A stretch of 64,000 nucleotides of DNA from Synechococcus sp. (GTDB lineage Bacteria; Cyanobacteriota; Cyanobacteriia; PCC-6307; Cyanobiaceae), in assembly GCA_047285535.1 (NCBI GenBank), contig JBJBDC010000001.1, forward strand, positions 576,136-640,135, written 5' to 3'. Positions 10,804 to 21,200 of the stretch are shown in pieces; position 1 is the stretch's first letter; every line of letters starts with the position of its first letter. Both the position numbers and the translations under genes were made by a program. A model generated the notes under the pieces. It ran no database searches and was not told where the DNA came from. It saw only the letters and a list, made by a program, of their open reading frames with translations.

Positions 10804-11877
10804 TTAAGACTGCTGAGACTCTTTTTCTCTGTAAAGCTCGCGCAGCATCTGATAAGCCTCGTTCAACCGTCTCATTCCATCAGTCGATCCACCTGCATCT
10901 GGATGAGATTCAATCGCTTTTTTCTTGTAAGAGTCTCGTATGCGACGGAGCGTTAGCGACTCGCCAGCTTGCGTGGGTAGATCCAGTAAGCGCAGGGCTC
11001 CGTGCAGGGTCATAGTGGATTCCAAGGTCTCAAACGATGTCACCCGGCGACTCCGTTTAAATCGATTCACAAACCGTCGAATCAAAGTCGGGATGCGATC
11101 AGCAACGCTACCTGCAGCAAATGGATCCTCAAGAACAGCGGCTGCCACAATCACATGTTCAAATTTTGGAGATTTCACTGCCCAGTCAGAGCAGAAATCC
11201 TGCATTAATTGGTTGACCTGGGTCCATGTAAAGGTGCGCCCTTCACTTCCATCCAATTGGGGCCAAATGTCCCTAGCCATCCAGAGCATTACTGCCTCCA
11301 GAACAGTGGCTCCAGGCCTCGATCCGTAGAGACTGGCCCAATGATTGATTGCTACATCGCAGCAAGTCGTCAAATATTCGAAATTCACCACTGGCACAAA
11401 AGGAGTGTCTCTTTGTCCAGGTTCCTGATCTTTCTGCAAGCTAGTTCGGATGGCTTGCGTTCGACTGCGCACAAATCCAGGTAAATCGATCCCTCGGCTT
11501 TTCGTTTTGGTTCTCCTTTGTTGACTGTTCTCGTCGCTATGAGTTTCTTCTAAAATTTGATTCGTAGGCTCATCATCATTTTTGACTAAGACGATGGCTT
11601 TATCTTCATTGTAGGACTGTTTAATTTGACTCTTTTCTGATTTCTCACCAAGCGAGGCTTTGGAGTTATCGCTCAGTTGTTGTTTTTGAACTTCAGCAGA
11701 AAATGATTCTTTTCCATTGGTAGTAACGTCTGGATCGTCTTCAGCTTCATCTGTCCAGATTTCTTCCAGTATGCGCGTTAAGCATTCTCCTCTGGCTCGG
11801 ATGCACCACTCCTTCTTCAGTTCGTCCAGACGATCAACGAGATGATCGGGAAGTTCAAGTGTGATCCGACGCCCCAT
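10804..11877 (-). CDS. J-domain protein with putative N-terminal ribbon-helix-helix domain
   Basis: C-terminal IRDSYKKKAIESHPDAGGSTDGMRRLNEAY (HPD J-domain); N-terminal RRITLELPDHLVDRLDELKK. ORF extends to 12000. Confidence 0.8.
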   Translation of the reverse strand: MGRRITLELPDHLVDRLDELKKEWCIRARGECLTRILEEIWTDEAEDDPDVTTNGKESFSAEVQKQQLSDNSKASLGEKSEKSQIKQSYNEDKAIVLVKNDDEPTNQILEETHSDENSQQRRTKTKSRGIDLPGFVRSRTQAIRTSLQKDQEPGQRDTPFVPVVNFEYLTTCCDVAINHWASLYGSRPGATVLEAVMLWMARDIWPQLDGSEGRTFTWTQVNQLMQDFCSDWAVKSPKFEHVIVAAAVLEDPFAAGSVADRIPTLIRRFVNRFKRSRRVTSFETLESTMTLHGALRLLDLPTQAGESLTLRRIRDSYKKKAIESHPDAGGSTDGMRRLNEAYQMLRELYREKESQQS

Positions 11878-11923
11878 TCCATTCAGCCTTCCGTGATGAT
11901 CTGAATCAATATCATGAACGAAA

Positions 11924-13537
11924 TTATCGATTTTTGAGTCGGCGCAACCATTCTTGCTGTGCCCTGATTGCCTCCCGATATCGTTGCTCGAGGGAGTCAT
12001 TTACTCGCCGAGGCATGATCATCGCTGGAGGCATTTGATTCATGCCACCCGCAGGTGCGACCAGGACAGGGGGTGGGGGAAGCATCGGTTTTGGCTTGGG
12101 CGAGGTACGAGGCGAAGTCACAGCTCGTGGAGCGACTGGGGTTTGTTTTTTCTTGACAGCAGGGGGGGGAATTGTCGGAACAACTTTTCTTTTTTTAGCC
12201 ACAGCTTCTGCTTTTCTGGCGGTTTCAATCATCTCTTGTCTGCGACGAAGCATGGCTAACTGGGTCACCGGCACCACGCTCAGCAAGTGACCTGGAGTTG
12301 CATCGGCTGGATAAACAACACTGACCGTGACAGGGTTCACAGTGTTTGCTTTCGCCTTGATTTGGCCGAGGGGGAGGCTTTGTCCAGATTTCATCCCGAC
12401 ATGCACTTCTCGGTATCCATCAGCGCTTTTAATCCCGATTGATCCTCGGAAGGCAGTGAAGGGCTTTCTTCCAGAAGCCACTGGATGACTTAAAACTAAC
12501 TCATGAGCACCTACCCCAGAGAGGTTTAGTTCGACGTCAAAACGAACTCCATATGTTCCAATATTGTTGACCGCAGAGTCAATCATTCGTGTTGATAATG
12601 GATTGACTTGTATATCTCTCGTTCCAAAGTGGTGTTTTCTAGTGCTTGTTAATGGTATGTGTAAAGGACCTTGAGTAAGATCATGATTGATGGATGCCTT
12701 GTACTCATCCCCAAGGGCCACTCCAGCAACTCTTGAAAAGACTTTGCCTGTACGAATTTCATTGATACGATTGAGATAAATTCGCCCTGGAGCAAGTTTA
12801 TTGCTGTCCAGGACTGATAGGAGTGCTTGTTCCTGATTTGTTTCTTCTGCTGCTATGACTGCAAGTTGGAAAGGTCCATTGCTTTGACCTCTGAGTAATC
12901 CATTCATAATGCCTCTGGCTGGCAAAACCGAGCTCACAATTACTTTGCGACTACGGGCGGGAATCGTGATTTCTCGAGGTAGTTTCCGATCCAATTCACC
13001 TCTCAGCATTTGTACCGCTGTTGCATCTCCAGGACCCGTATTCCATGGCCTAGGACCCAGAGGTTTTACTCCCATCAAACGGTTGGGATGATAGGGAGCC
13101 TCAAAACTGTTCTTAACGGATCCTCGTTTGAACTTTAGTGTGACAGGTTTACTCCCTGGGTTGATTGCTATCGCAGCCACTGTGAGTAATCCTCTAGATC
13201 TTCTCCCGCCTAATTTACTACTGTCTTGCGGATAATATTTATGGTGCATGTGCAAACCAAATTCCCCATTAAATGTAAATTCGGCATTCTTGAGAGGCTG
13301 ATTATTTTCTGCTGCAATGGCAGAACCTGGTGCCGTATTGACAAGTATTCCCGGCCCTTTCACAATCTCTGGCTGGTTTGAATGAAGAACAGGAACGTTA
13401 TTAAACACGCCATTCAGAGCACGAGCTCGCTGCCCAGCCATAAGAGGCACATAGGCTCGCGCAGATTGGATGCAGCCAAGATCATGCGTCGCAATTGCGA
13501 CGCAGGCTAGGACCAGTTTTGGTATTCTGTGAGACAC
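11924..13537 (-). CDS. secreted DUF3370-like protein with Pro/Lys-rich C-terminal tail
   Basis: Signal-like N-terminus (..QSARA/YVPLM), VPVLHSNQPEIVKGPGILV, NIGTYGVRFDV, VYPADATPG. ORF extends to 13720; GTG at 13537 likely. Confidence 0.75.
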   Translation of the reverse strand: MSHRIPKLVLACVAIATHDLGCIQSARAYVPLMAGQRARALNGVFNNVPVLHSNQPEIVKGPGILVNTAPGSAIAAENNQPLKNAEFTFNGEFGLHMHHKYYPQDSSKLGGRRSRGLLTVAAIAINPGSKPVTLKFKRGSVKNSFEAPYHPNRLMGVKPLGPRPWNTGPGDATAVQMLRGELDRKLPREITIPARSRKVIVSSVLPARGIMNGLLRGQSNGPFQLAVIAAEETNQEQALLSVLDSNKLAPGRIYLNRINEIRTGKVFSRVAGVALGDEYKASINHDLTQGPLHIPLTSTRKHHFGTRDIQVNPLSTRMIDSAVNNIGTYGVRFDVELNLSGVGAHELVLSHPVASGRKPFTAFRGSIGIKSADGYREVHVGMKSGQSLPLGQIKAKANTVNPVTVSVVYPADATPGHLLSVVPVTQLAMLRRRQEMIETARKAEAVAKKRKVVPTIPPPAVKKKQTPVAPRAVTSPRTSPKPKPMLPPPPVLVAPAGGMNQMPPAMIMPRRVNDSLEQRYREAIRAQQEWLRRLKNR

Positions 13538-13679
13538 TCGAGACTGGTTTTTAGGCGGGGCGGCCAAGAGCGCCGCAAGTTCCAAACCTAATCGTCCGAT
13601 CCCTCTACGCCAAGTCAGCGTTAGAACACCCGATTGCTTGAGCAATTCGCCAGGATTGAGATCAGTCCTCGTGGTTTTC

Positions 13680-13874
13680 ATGCTGCCCCCCTTTTTCTGC
13701 GCCTCTTCCTGTGAATCCACTCAATGGCGGAGTCAGCATCAGTTACGCAAGCTTGCAATGCTTCGTTTCTGGCGTGACGGTCTGGAGCGTCAACTTGCTG
13801 CCATCACAGCAGCAATGACCACACTTGAGGGACAGATTCAACGCGATCAACACGGAGAGTCCGAAGAGTCTTGA
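13680..13874 (+). CDS. small helical hypothetical protein
   Basis: QLRKLAMLRFWRDGLERQLAAITAAMTTLEGQI reads as an amphipathic coiled coil and fills the gap between DUF3370 and the sigma factor; start uncertain. Confidence 0.6.
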   Translation: MLPPFFCASSCESTQWRSQHQLRKLAMLRFWRDGLERQLAAITAAMTTLEGQIQRDQHGESEES

Positions 13875-14500
13875 TCGGCAAGTTTCTCTCTCAGCCGAGC
13901 TAATGCCCTTTTCAGCCTGCGTTGCATCGTCATTGCACTGACTCCTTGCTTTCTCCCAGCACAGCGCAGGCTGTTACCTTCAATCACCACTTCAAGCAGT
14001 GCTAGCCGCTCCGTGCTCTTTAAAGTGTCGATTGCTTTCCAAATGCGACGTCTCTCCTCGTTGTGCAGCAATGGTTGCCACCCTTCTTGTTGTAAAGCTT
14101 CTACTCTGTTTTCGTCTAAGGGTTCCCAGGATTGACGTCCTCGATAGGCAAGTAAATTCAGCTCCTTTTCCGCAGTATTTGGTTTAGAAATTTTAGTTTC
14201 TGCACAGCATGCCTTGATGCTGTTCTGAGCCTGTTCCTGCAGGCGTCTTGGCAGTCGAATCAATCCAATGCTGTCTCTGAGGTAGTGAAGGATTGCCCCA
14301 CGGATGTGCGGTTTGGCATAAACCTCAAATGGCTTCTTTTGTCCCAGCTCATATCCCTCAGCTGCTCGTAATAATCCCAACCTTCCCACTTGTTTGAGAT
14401 CATCGCGATCTTGTCCTGATCGGTTTGCGTAATGGCTCGCAATTGGATCGACCAGTTTCAGATGACGCTCAATGTTTTGATTCCTGATTCTGTTGCGCAT
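13847..14500 (-). CDS. group 3 sigma-70 family RNA polymerase sigma factor (SigF-like)
   Basis: Region 2 DDLKQVGRLGLLRAAEGY..FEVYAKPHIRGAILHYLRD..IRLPRR; region 4 HTH SLRCAGRKQGVSAMTMQRRLKRAL. Confidence 0.9.
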   Translation of the reverse strand: MRNRIRNQNIERHLKLVDPIASHYANRSGQDRDDLKQVGRLGLLRAAEGYELGQKKPFEVYAKPHIRGAILHYLRDSIGLIRLPRRLQEQAQNSIKACCAETKISKPNTAEKELNLLAYRGRQSWEPLDENRVEALQQEGWQPLLHNEERRRIWKAIDTLKSTERLALLEVVIEGNSLRCAGRKQGVSAMTMQRRLKRALARLREKLADQDSSDSPC

Positions 14501-14565
14501 GGTCTTTGATGATGGTGAAGGGAGGAGATTGGGACATCGCCGTTGCTCCCTCTTCAGACAGGCAT

Positions 14566-15462
14566 CTAGAGGCTCTTCTCTGCAACAGTGTTTCCACGGA
14601 TCTCGGGGACGACCCTCCGCAGTAATGCCTCAGGTCCATGCTTCTTTAACCAGGCAAGATCAGAACTCGCAGTTGCTAATAGATAGCCAGCAAATCCGAG
14701 GCCATTAATACTAAAACCGAAGGCGCCTTCTTGACTTCGCCTCAAAAGTGCCATCCATTCCGGTGTCATTAAGAGGTTGTAGTATTGTTTAGGCAAGGGA
14801 TCTTGAGATGGATCTCCGATTCCAAGTTCTCTGCACATTGAAATGTAGCTTTGATGCAAATAATGAGCTGAAGATTCTTCGTTGTGGTGACCCTTTATCC
14901 TTTTTATGACATGACAGTATTGAATCAATGGATCATTCGATGTCGTGTTCTTGTTTTCTGATGCAATCTGTTCGTGAAACCAAAGATCTCGTGGACAGGA
15001 GCGTTGATTCTTAGATCGAGGTAGAAGTTGAAGGTGACGATGTGGCTGACTGGCGCCTGCGATGGGCCCGCTGTTGAAAAACCATAGTCCCGGCGTGTCA
15101 TTATCTACCCGAACCAAGGATCTCCAGTCAGACAAGGTGAGCCAACCTTTTTGCGCAGCCCAATCCTTCGTTATTAACAGCATATGCCCTCGTTGTACTG
15201 GATACTTATTAAGGATTAGTGCATGATCAGGATCCACACGTGCGACTTCCAATTGTCGATCCCATGGGCTGAAGGGATTTGGCTTTGGTCCTTCCTTGCG
15301 CAAATGTTTCGGCAAGTGACTTTTAAGTTTACGTAATTCGAAATTGACATCAGTTTCGCCCACAACAATCTCTAATGAGGTTCTAAGGGGGATAAGAGAA
15401 CCCTCTATCAGTGCTCTATCACTGCACTCGATCGCTTGATTTAAATAATGCTCAGAGCTCAT
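14566..15462 (-). CDS. ATP adenylyltransferase / Ap4A phosphorylase family
   Basis: NPFSPWD, LILNKYPV, FFNSGPIAGASQPHRHLQ (HxHxQ), SINGLGFAGYLL. Confidence 0.9.
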   Translation of the reverse strand: MSSEHYLNQAIECSDRALIEGSLIPLRTSLEIVVGETDVNFELRKLKSHLPKHLRKEGPKPNPFSPWDRQLEVARVDPDHALILNKYPVQRGHMLLITKDWAAQKGWLTLSDWRSLVRVDNDTPGLWFFNSGPIAGASQPHRHLQLLPRSKNQRSCPRDLWFHEQIASENKNTTSNDPLIQYCHVIKRIKGHHNEESSAHYLHQSYISMCRELGIGDPSQDPLPKQYYNLLMTPEWMALLRRSQEGAFGFSINGLGFAGYLLATASSDLAWLKKHGPEALLRRVVPEIRGNTVAEKSL

Positions 15463-16423
15463 TTGACTTTAGCTTTGCCAGCGCTGCTCCGATGTAATAC
15501 CGGCCAAGAATTTCATCGAACTTGAGGCCTTTCGCCGCCAGCCTCTGAGCTCCGTGCTGACTCATGCTGGCTCCTAGATGACTATGCGCTTCAGCGGCAA
15601 TTTCGCTAGTCGAGGCGTAAAGGGATTCAACAAGCCCTCCCTGAAAACTCAGGACGAGCCCTTTAGTCGTTTTGGCAGCTGTTTTTGTAGAAATGTTTTG
15701 GCTTTTGAGTCCCGCATAGACCTGCCATCGCGTTGTATCTCCAAGGTTGAAATCAGAATCAGCTGGCCGAACGAGATGCACTAAAGCGTAGGAACGGGCG
15801 GCGACTGCTTGTGCTTTTAATGCTTCAGGATTCCAGTGACTCGGCATCTCTGCGCCAACTACAGATGCAACATAACTTTCCAAAGAGACCTGGTTAATAG
15901 CCATCCATCCAGCCCCTCTGTTGATAAATAACATCGTCTCTGGATAAGGTCGTTGATTCACTACAACTGCGCCATTCGGGCCTGACTTGCATGTGATCAA
16001 ATGGTTTCGATCACCAGCGAGAATGTTTTGAAGATCGGTTGTATTAATGACATTTCCATTATTAATTGTGCAATTTACTTCGCCAGTTAGAGCAACAGTT
16101 CTTGGTGGAGATTGACTGAGCAGCGCAACCCTTACAACAGGATTTTCTGGAGCTCCCAGAGGAAGGTTGCTGGGTTCTGGTTCAGGCAAGGAATTGAGAG
16201 TGGCTGCAGTCCTGCCTGTACCCCCAGACGAGGGTTGAGTTGAGGACTCGGATGGTTTGAATGCGGTGTTCTCCTCTGGCGAGCTCTCCAGCAACATTTC
16301 AAGGGTGTGCTTTTGAACTCTCTGTTGTTCCAACCGACCCAAGGCAGCGACACTCGTAACCACCATGCTGATCAGTCCCGCAGTGGCGGCCATTCCCAGC
16401 AACAGTGGGGTTAGTTGTCTCAC
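15452..16423 (-). CDS. SpoIID/LytB domain protein
   Basis: INQVSLESYVASVVGAEMPSHWNPEALKAQAVAARSYA, QVYAG, MSQHGA, ILGRYY; N-terminal membrane anchor. Confidence 0.92.
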   Translation of the reverse strand: MRQLTPLLLGMAATAGLISMVVTSVAALGRLEQQRVQKHTLEMLLESSPEENTAFKPSESSTQPSSGGTGRTAATLNSLPEPEPSNLPLGAPENPVVRVALLSQSPPRTVALTGEVNCTINNGNVINTTDLQNILAGDRNHLITCKSGPNGAVVVNQRPYPETMLFINRGAGWMAINQVSLESYVASVVGAEMPSHWNPEALKAQAVAARSYALVHLVRPADSDFNLGDTTRWQVYAGLKSQNISTKTAAKTTKGLVLSFQGGLVESLYASTSEIAAEAHSHLGASMSQHGAQRLAAKGLKFDEILGRYYIGAALAKLKSNEL

Positions 16424-16448
16424 TTTCCCTCCAGGTTGGCTTTAGATC

Positions 16449-17177
16449 ATGCCTGAAATCAGCAGAGTTGCTTGGATTGGTCGTGCCTTAATTGTGGGTC
16501 GAGGTGGCATCGGCACGGCCTTAGCAAGGGAACTTCAACGGCGTCAGCCATCTCTCGACGTCATGCTCTGTGGTCGCTCTTCTGGACCCTTGAATGAATG
16601 GCCTGTGGATCTGGAGTGTCCCCATAGTCTCGAGATGCTGTCTCAAAGGCTCCAGGAGGATCACCAGCCCTTGCGATTGGTGATTAATGCCACAGGACTA
16701 CTTCATTCCCCCTCCCTGGCCCCTGAGAAGCGTCTGCAGCAGGTCTGTGCAAGCAATCTGATGGAATCTTTTGCGATCAATGCTGCAGGTCCCTTGCTGC
16801 TGGCCAAAGCAGTCGAACCTGCTTTGCCTCGCCATCTCCCCTTTCATTTTGCGAGCCTCAGTGCTCGTGTTGGAAGCATTGCTGACAACACAAGTGGCGG
16901 TTGGTATGCCTATCGGGGAGCGAAGGCCGCTCAGAACATGTACCTGCGTTCCTTAAGCGTTGAGTGGGCTCGGCGTTATCCCAACACCACAGTGACGCTT
17001 TTGCACCCTGGAACAACGGATACAGCGCTTTCCAAGCCGTTTCAGAACTTTGTCCGTCCCGACACTCTTTTCAGCCCTGATCAAGCCGCTAAAAATCTTC
17101 TCGAGATCCTGCTCAAGCAGACGGTCGCCGATACCGGCCGTTTCCTTGCTTGGGATGGTCAAGAGATCCCTTGGTGA
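16449..17177 (+). CDS. SDR family oxidoreductase (C-factor/CsgA-like)
   Basis: GRGGIG, SARVGSIADNTSGGWYAYRGAKAA (YxxxK), LHPGTTDTALS. Confidence 0.9.
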   Translation: MPEISRVAWIGRALIVGRGGIGTALARELQRRQPSLDVMLCGRSSGPLNEWPVDLECPHSLEMLSQRLQEDHQPLRLVINATGLLHSPSLAPEKRLQQVCASNLMESFAINAAGPLLLAKAVEPALPRHLPFHFASLSARVGSIADNTSGGWYAYRGAKAAQNMYLRSLSVEWARRYPNTTVTLLHPGTTDTALSKPFQNFVRPDTLFSPDQAAKNLLEILLKQTVADTGRFLAWDGQEIPW

Positions 17178-17566
17178 GCGTGAGTCTTCAAAATCTCAAG
17201 TGGAATGATCTGTAGTGCAGTTTGATCTGTTGCCTCAAGCCGCACAGGGGGGGCCATCCCATCGTCGTAAGCCTGTTTCCATCTTGGGGCGCAAACACAC
17301 CAATGGTCACCGGTTTTGAGTCCAGGGAAGCCGAATCCTGGAGCTGGTGTGCTCAGGTCATTCCCCTGGGCTTTGCTGTAAGTCAAAAAATTTTCTGACA
17401 TGACACAGCAAACACTGTGTTGACCTAAATCGCTTGGATCGGTTCGGCACAGTCCATCTCGAAACCAACCTGTCATGGGTTCACAACTGCAGCGTTCAAG
17501 CTCTCCACCTAAAACGTTCAGATCGACCTGCTCATCAGGCTTTTGTTGGTGTGGTTTTGAGTCCAT
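17159..17566 (-). CDS. DUF2237 family protein
   Basis: NVLGGELERCS..PMTGWFRDGLC...GNDLSTP..FPGLKTGDHWCVCAPRW. Confidence 0.9.
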   Translation of the reverse strand: MDSKPHQQKPDEQVDLNVLGGELERCSCEPMTGWFRDGLCRTDPSDLGQHSVCCVMSENFLTYSKAQGNDLSTPAPGFGFPGLKTGDHWCVCAPRWKQAYDDGMAPPVRLEATDQTALQIIPLEILKTHAHQGIS

Positions 17567-17677
17567 TTTGGTGCATCTGCTCTAAGGAGTCTGCCGAATG
17601 ACTGGCACATTCTGAAACGAGATAGTTGACGGATCCAGGGGGTTAGGCGTTAAAGGTCGTTCAGTTATGCCTCCTCG

Positions 17678-17908
17678 ATGGATTGGGAGTTCACTGAAGA
17701 CGCGGCGTTTATCGCCCTCTGCGATTCGTTCCGCGAAAGTGGCGAGTCATCGGCTATGGAGTTCCTCGCCAATGGTGAAGGAGCCTTCCATTTTCAAGAT
17801 CTTGCGCAGAACGCTGCGGGAGAAGGTTTTGATCTCAGCGAATCCAGCGCGCTCGATGATTTTCAGCAGGAAGTCATCGACACCATGGAAAAGCTCTGTC
17901 AAGACTGA
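17678..17908 (+). CDS. small acidic hypothetical protein
   Basis: 76-aa ORF MDWEFTEDAAFIALCDSF...NGEGAFHFQDLAQNAAGEG that fills the intergenic space. Confidence 0.75.
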   Translation: MDWEFTEDAAFIALCDSFRESGESSAMEFLANGEGAFHFQDLAQNAAGEGFDLSESSALDDFQQEVIDTMEKLCQD

Positions 17909-17938
17909 TCCTGCATAAAGATTCAGTTGGTCAGGGTT

Positions 17939-18211
17939 TTAGCTGTAAAAAAAGCTGATTTCCTTGTTCTTCAGACCATCCCAACCAGCCTTGATCAGCC
18001 GTTGGTTCAGGGTCTCCTGATCGAAATGCTTCGCTCCGGTCTTGACGATGCGGTTGCGCATCGATTTCTTGACACCGCTGCGCGCCCGATGGCTCTCCAG
18101 TTCCATGACCTCCTTGTAGAGCTCAAGCATGGGCTCCGGAATCGGTGTCCCATCGAGATCGAGGCCAGCTTCGATGGCTTCATCGACACCACCGGGTCCT
18201 GCTATTGCCAT
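17939..18211 (-). CDS. DUF4090-like protein
   Basis: AIEAGLDLDGTPIPEPMLELYKEVMELESHRARSGVKKSMRNRIVKTGAKHF; directly downstream of metH. Confidence 0.85.
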   Translation of the reverse strand: MAIAGPGGVDEAIEAGLDLDGTPIPEPMLELYKEVMELESHRARSGVKKSMRNRIVKTGAKHFDQETLNQRLIKAGWDGLKNKEISFFYS

Positions 18212-18246
18212 GGAAAGTCCGTTCTTCAGCACCTCACGTTGGCACG

Positions 18247-21200
18247 TCAGGCGCTGAAGTAACGGGCCTGGCTGTGGAGCGCCACCAGCGCTGTCGTGCT
18301 CTGTTCCGGCTCCAACTGGTCACTGTCGTCCATGGAGAGACCGATCCGTTCAGCACCAAGCCAGTCGAGCTGGGGCCTTGAATCGGCCACATTCGGGCAG
18401 GCGGGATAACCAAAGGAATAGCGGCTGCCGCGGTAGCGCTGGGCGAGAACATCGCGCAGGGCTACCGGTTCATCGCCGCTGAAGCCCAGCTCACGTCGGA
18501 TGCGGGCATGGGTCCACTCCGCCAGTGCTTCGGCCATCTGCACACCCAGGCCGTGGAAATACAGATAATCGCTGTAGCGGTCGGCCTGGAAGAGCTCCCT
18601 GGCGAAGGCACTCGCCTTTTCGCCCATGGTGACGGCCTGCATCGGCAGAACATCGGTGGGGCCGCCTTCGGGAGAGAGATCCCGATAGAAATCACCGATG
18701 CAGTACCTGTTGCCGGAACGCTGCCTGGGTAGTTCGAAGCGACCCAGTTCAACGCTTGGATCATCAGGCTTGAACACGACAACGGCATTGCCATCCCTGC
18801 CGCAGGGGAAATAGCCATAGGCCACTCGCGGGGTCAGCAACTGCTCAGAGCGGGAGCGCTGCAGCCATTCCTGCAGCACGGGCTCGGCCTTCTCCTTGAG
18901 CTGCTGTTCGTACTCCTCACGGCTCTGATCTTTGCTTTTGCGCATCTGCCACTGACCGGCGAAGAGAGCATTGCGATCGAGGTAAGCGAAGACCTCTTCC
19001 AGATTGATCTCCTCTTCTGAAAGCACGCTGGTACCCCAGAACGGAGGCTCCAGGGCCGGCTCCTCCGGCACGGCTTCTGAGCGTTCACGGCTGATGGGAG
19101 CCTTGGGCTTGGCCTCTTCCTCCTTGGCGCTCGAATCAGCAGCTTCAGTCTCACGATTGTTGGCGTCGCCGTTGAGGCCCAGACCTTCTGGAATGGCACC
19201 CAGGAAGCCCTTGTTGTCATCCCATTCACCGCCCTTTTTGGCCTCCACCAGGGCATCCATGAATCGAAGGTCTGCAAAGGCATCACGCCCGTAAATCACC
19301 TGGCCGTCATAGACCTCACGGCAGTCCTTCTGAACAAACCGTGGGGTCAGTGCAGCACCGCCGAGAATCACCGGAACGGAAATACCGGCTTCATTGAAAG
19401 CCTGCAGGTTGTCCTTCATGAAAGCGGTTGATTTCACCAGCAGACCACTCATGGCGATGCAATCAGCCTGGTGCGACTGCTGAGCTTCGATGATGGCTTC
19501 TACTGATTGTTTGATCCCGAGATTGACAACCTCATAGCCGTTATTGGTGAGGATGATGTCAACCAGGTTCTTGCCGATATCGTGAACATCACCCTTGACC
19601 GTTGCGATCAGGAATTTGGCTTTAGCTGAACTTTCCCCCTCACTTTTCTCCATATGGGGTTCGAGATAGGCCACCGCGCTTTTCATGGTTTCCGCGCTCT
19701 GGAGCACAAAAGGCAGCTGCATCTGGCCTGAACCAAACAGTTCTCCCACCACTTTCATGCCATCGAGCAAGAACGTGTTCACGATCTCCAGGGGCTTGTA
19801 TTGGCTAAGGCCCTCGTCAAGGGCCGGTTCCAGACCGATGCGCTCGCCATCGATGATGTGCTGCTTCAGTCGCTCTTCAACGGGGAGATCTGCCAGAGAG
19901 GGTCCCGAAGCCCGGGCGTCCTTGGTGGTGACACCTTCAAACAGCGTGGTGAGTTCAGTCAGCGGGTCGTAGGTGCAGACATCGCCGTCAAATCGGCGCC
20001 GGTCATTGATCAGGTCACGGCAGACCTGCTGATGTTCCTCGCTGATCTTCATCAGCGGCAGGATCTTGGCAGGGCTAACGATGGCTGCATCCATTCCCGC
20101 CTGACAGCAGTCATGCAGAAAGACGGAGTTGAGGGTGATCCGAGCCGCTGGAGAGAGCCCGAAGCTGATATTGCTCACGCCAAGAACCACATGGACACCG
20201 GGCAATTCCGTGGTGATCCGCCGGATGGCTTCGACGGTTTCACAGCCATTGCGGCGGTCCTCCTCGATGCCTGTTGAGATCGGCAGCGCCAGAGGGTCGT
20301 AGAAGATCTCGTGGGCGGGGATCCCGAATTCGACGGCATCCCTGTAAGCACGCTGGGCAATGGCGAACTTGCGCTCCGCTGTCCGTGCCATGCCGTCTTC
20401 ATCGATGGTTCCGATCACCACCCCAGCGCCATAGGTGCGCGCTAATTCCAAAACCTTGAAGAAGCGTTCGTCGCCGTCCTCGTAATTCGTTGAGTTCAGC
20501 AGGCATTTGCCACCGGCCACCTTGAGGCCGGCTTCCATCTTTTGCCACTCGGTGGAATCGAGCATCAATGGCAAGTTGACGTTGGTGACCAAACGGCTCA
20601 CCAGGTCATGCATATCCTTTTCGCCATCACGACCCACGTAGTCGACATTCACATCAAGTACGTGGGCGTTCTCCTTCACCTGGCCGCGAGCAACGGCCAC
20701 CAACCCATCCCAGTCCTCAGCGTTGAGCAGCTCCCTGACTTTCTTGGAGCCGCTGGCGTTGAGCCGTTCACCGATGATCAGGAATGAGTTGTCCTGGTGA
20801 TACGGCGTTGTTCCGTAAATCGAGGAGACGGAGGCTTCAGCCCCAAGCAGGGGACGTTCTTTGTTGAGAAGTGGGGTTCTTACCGACCGGTCAGCCGGAC
20901 GCATTTCCTGCGACAGTTCGGAGAGAGCAGCAATGTGGGCGGGGGTGGTGCCACAGCAGCCGCCGATCACCTGAACGCCGAGATCTTCGATGAAGTGGTG
21001 CATTGCCATCTTCATCTCGACCGGAGTCAAGCGGTAGTGGGCAACACCACCAATGTTCTCTGGCAACCCCGCGTTGGGAATGCAGCTCACCACAAAGGGG
21101 GCATGGGCACTGAGATATTTGACGTGCTCCTTCATCTGCTCGGGACCGGTGGCGCAGTTCAGCCCGAGAACATCAATGGGGAAAGGCTCAAGGATCGACA

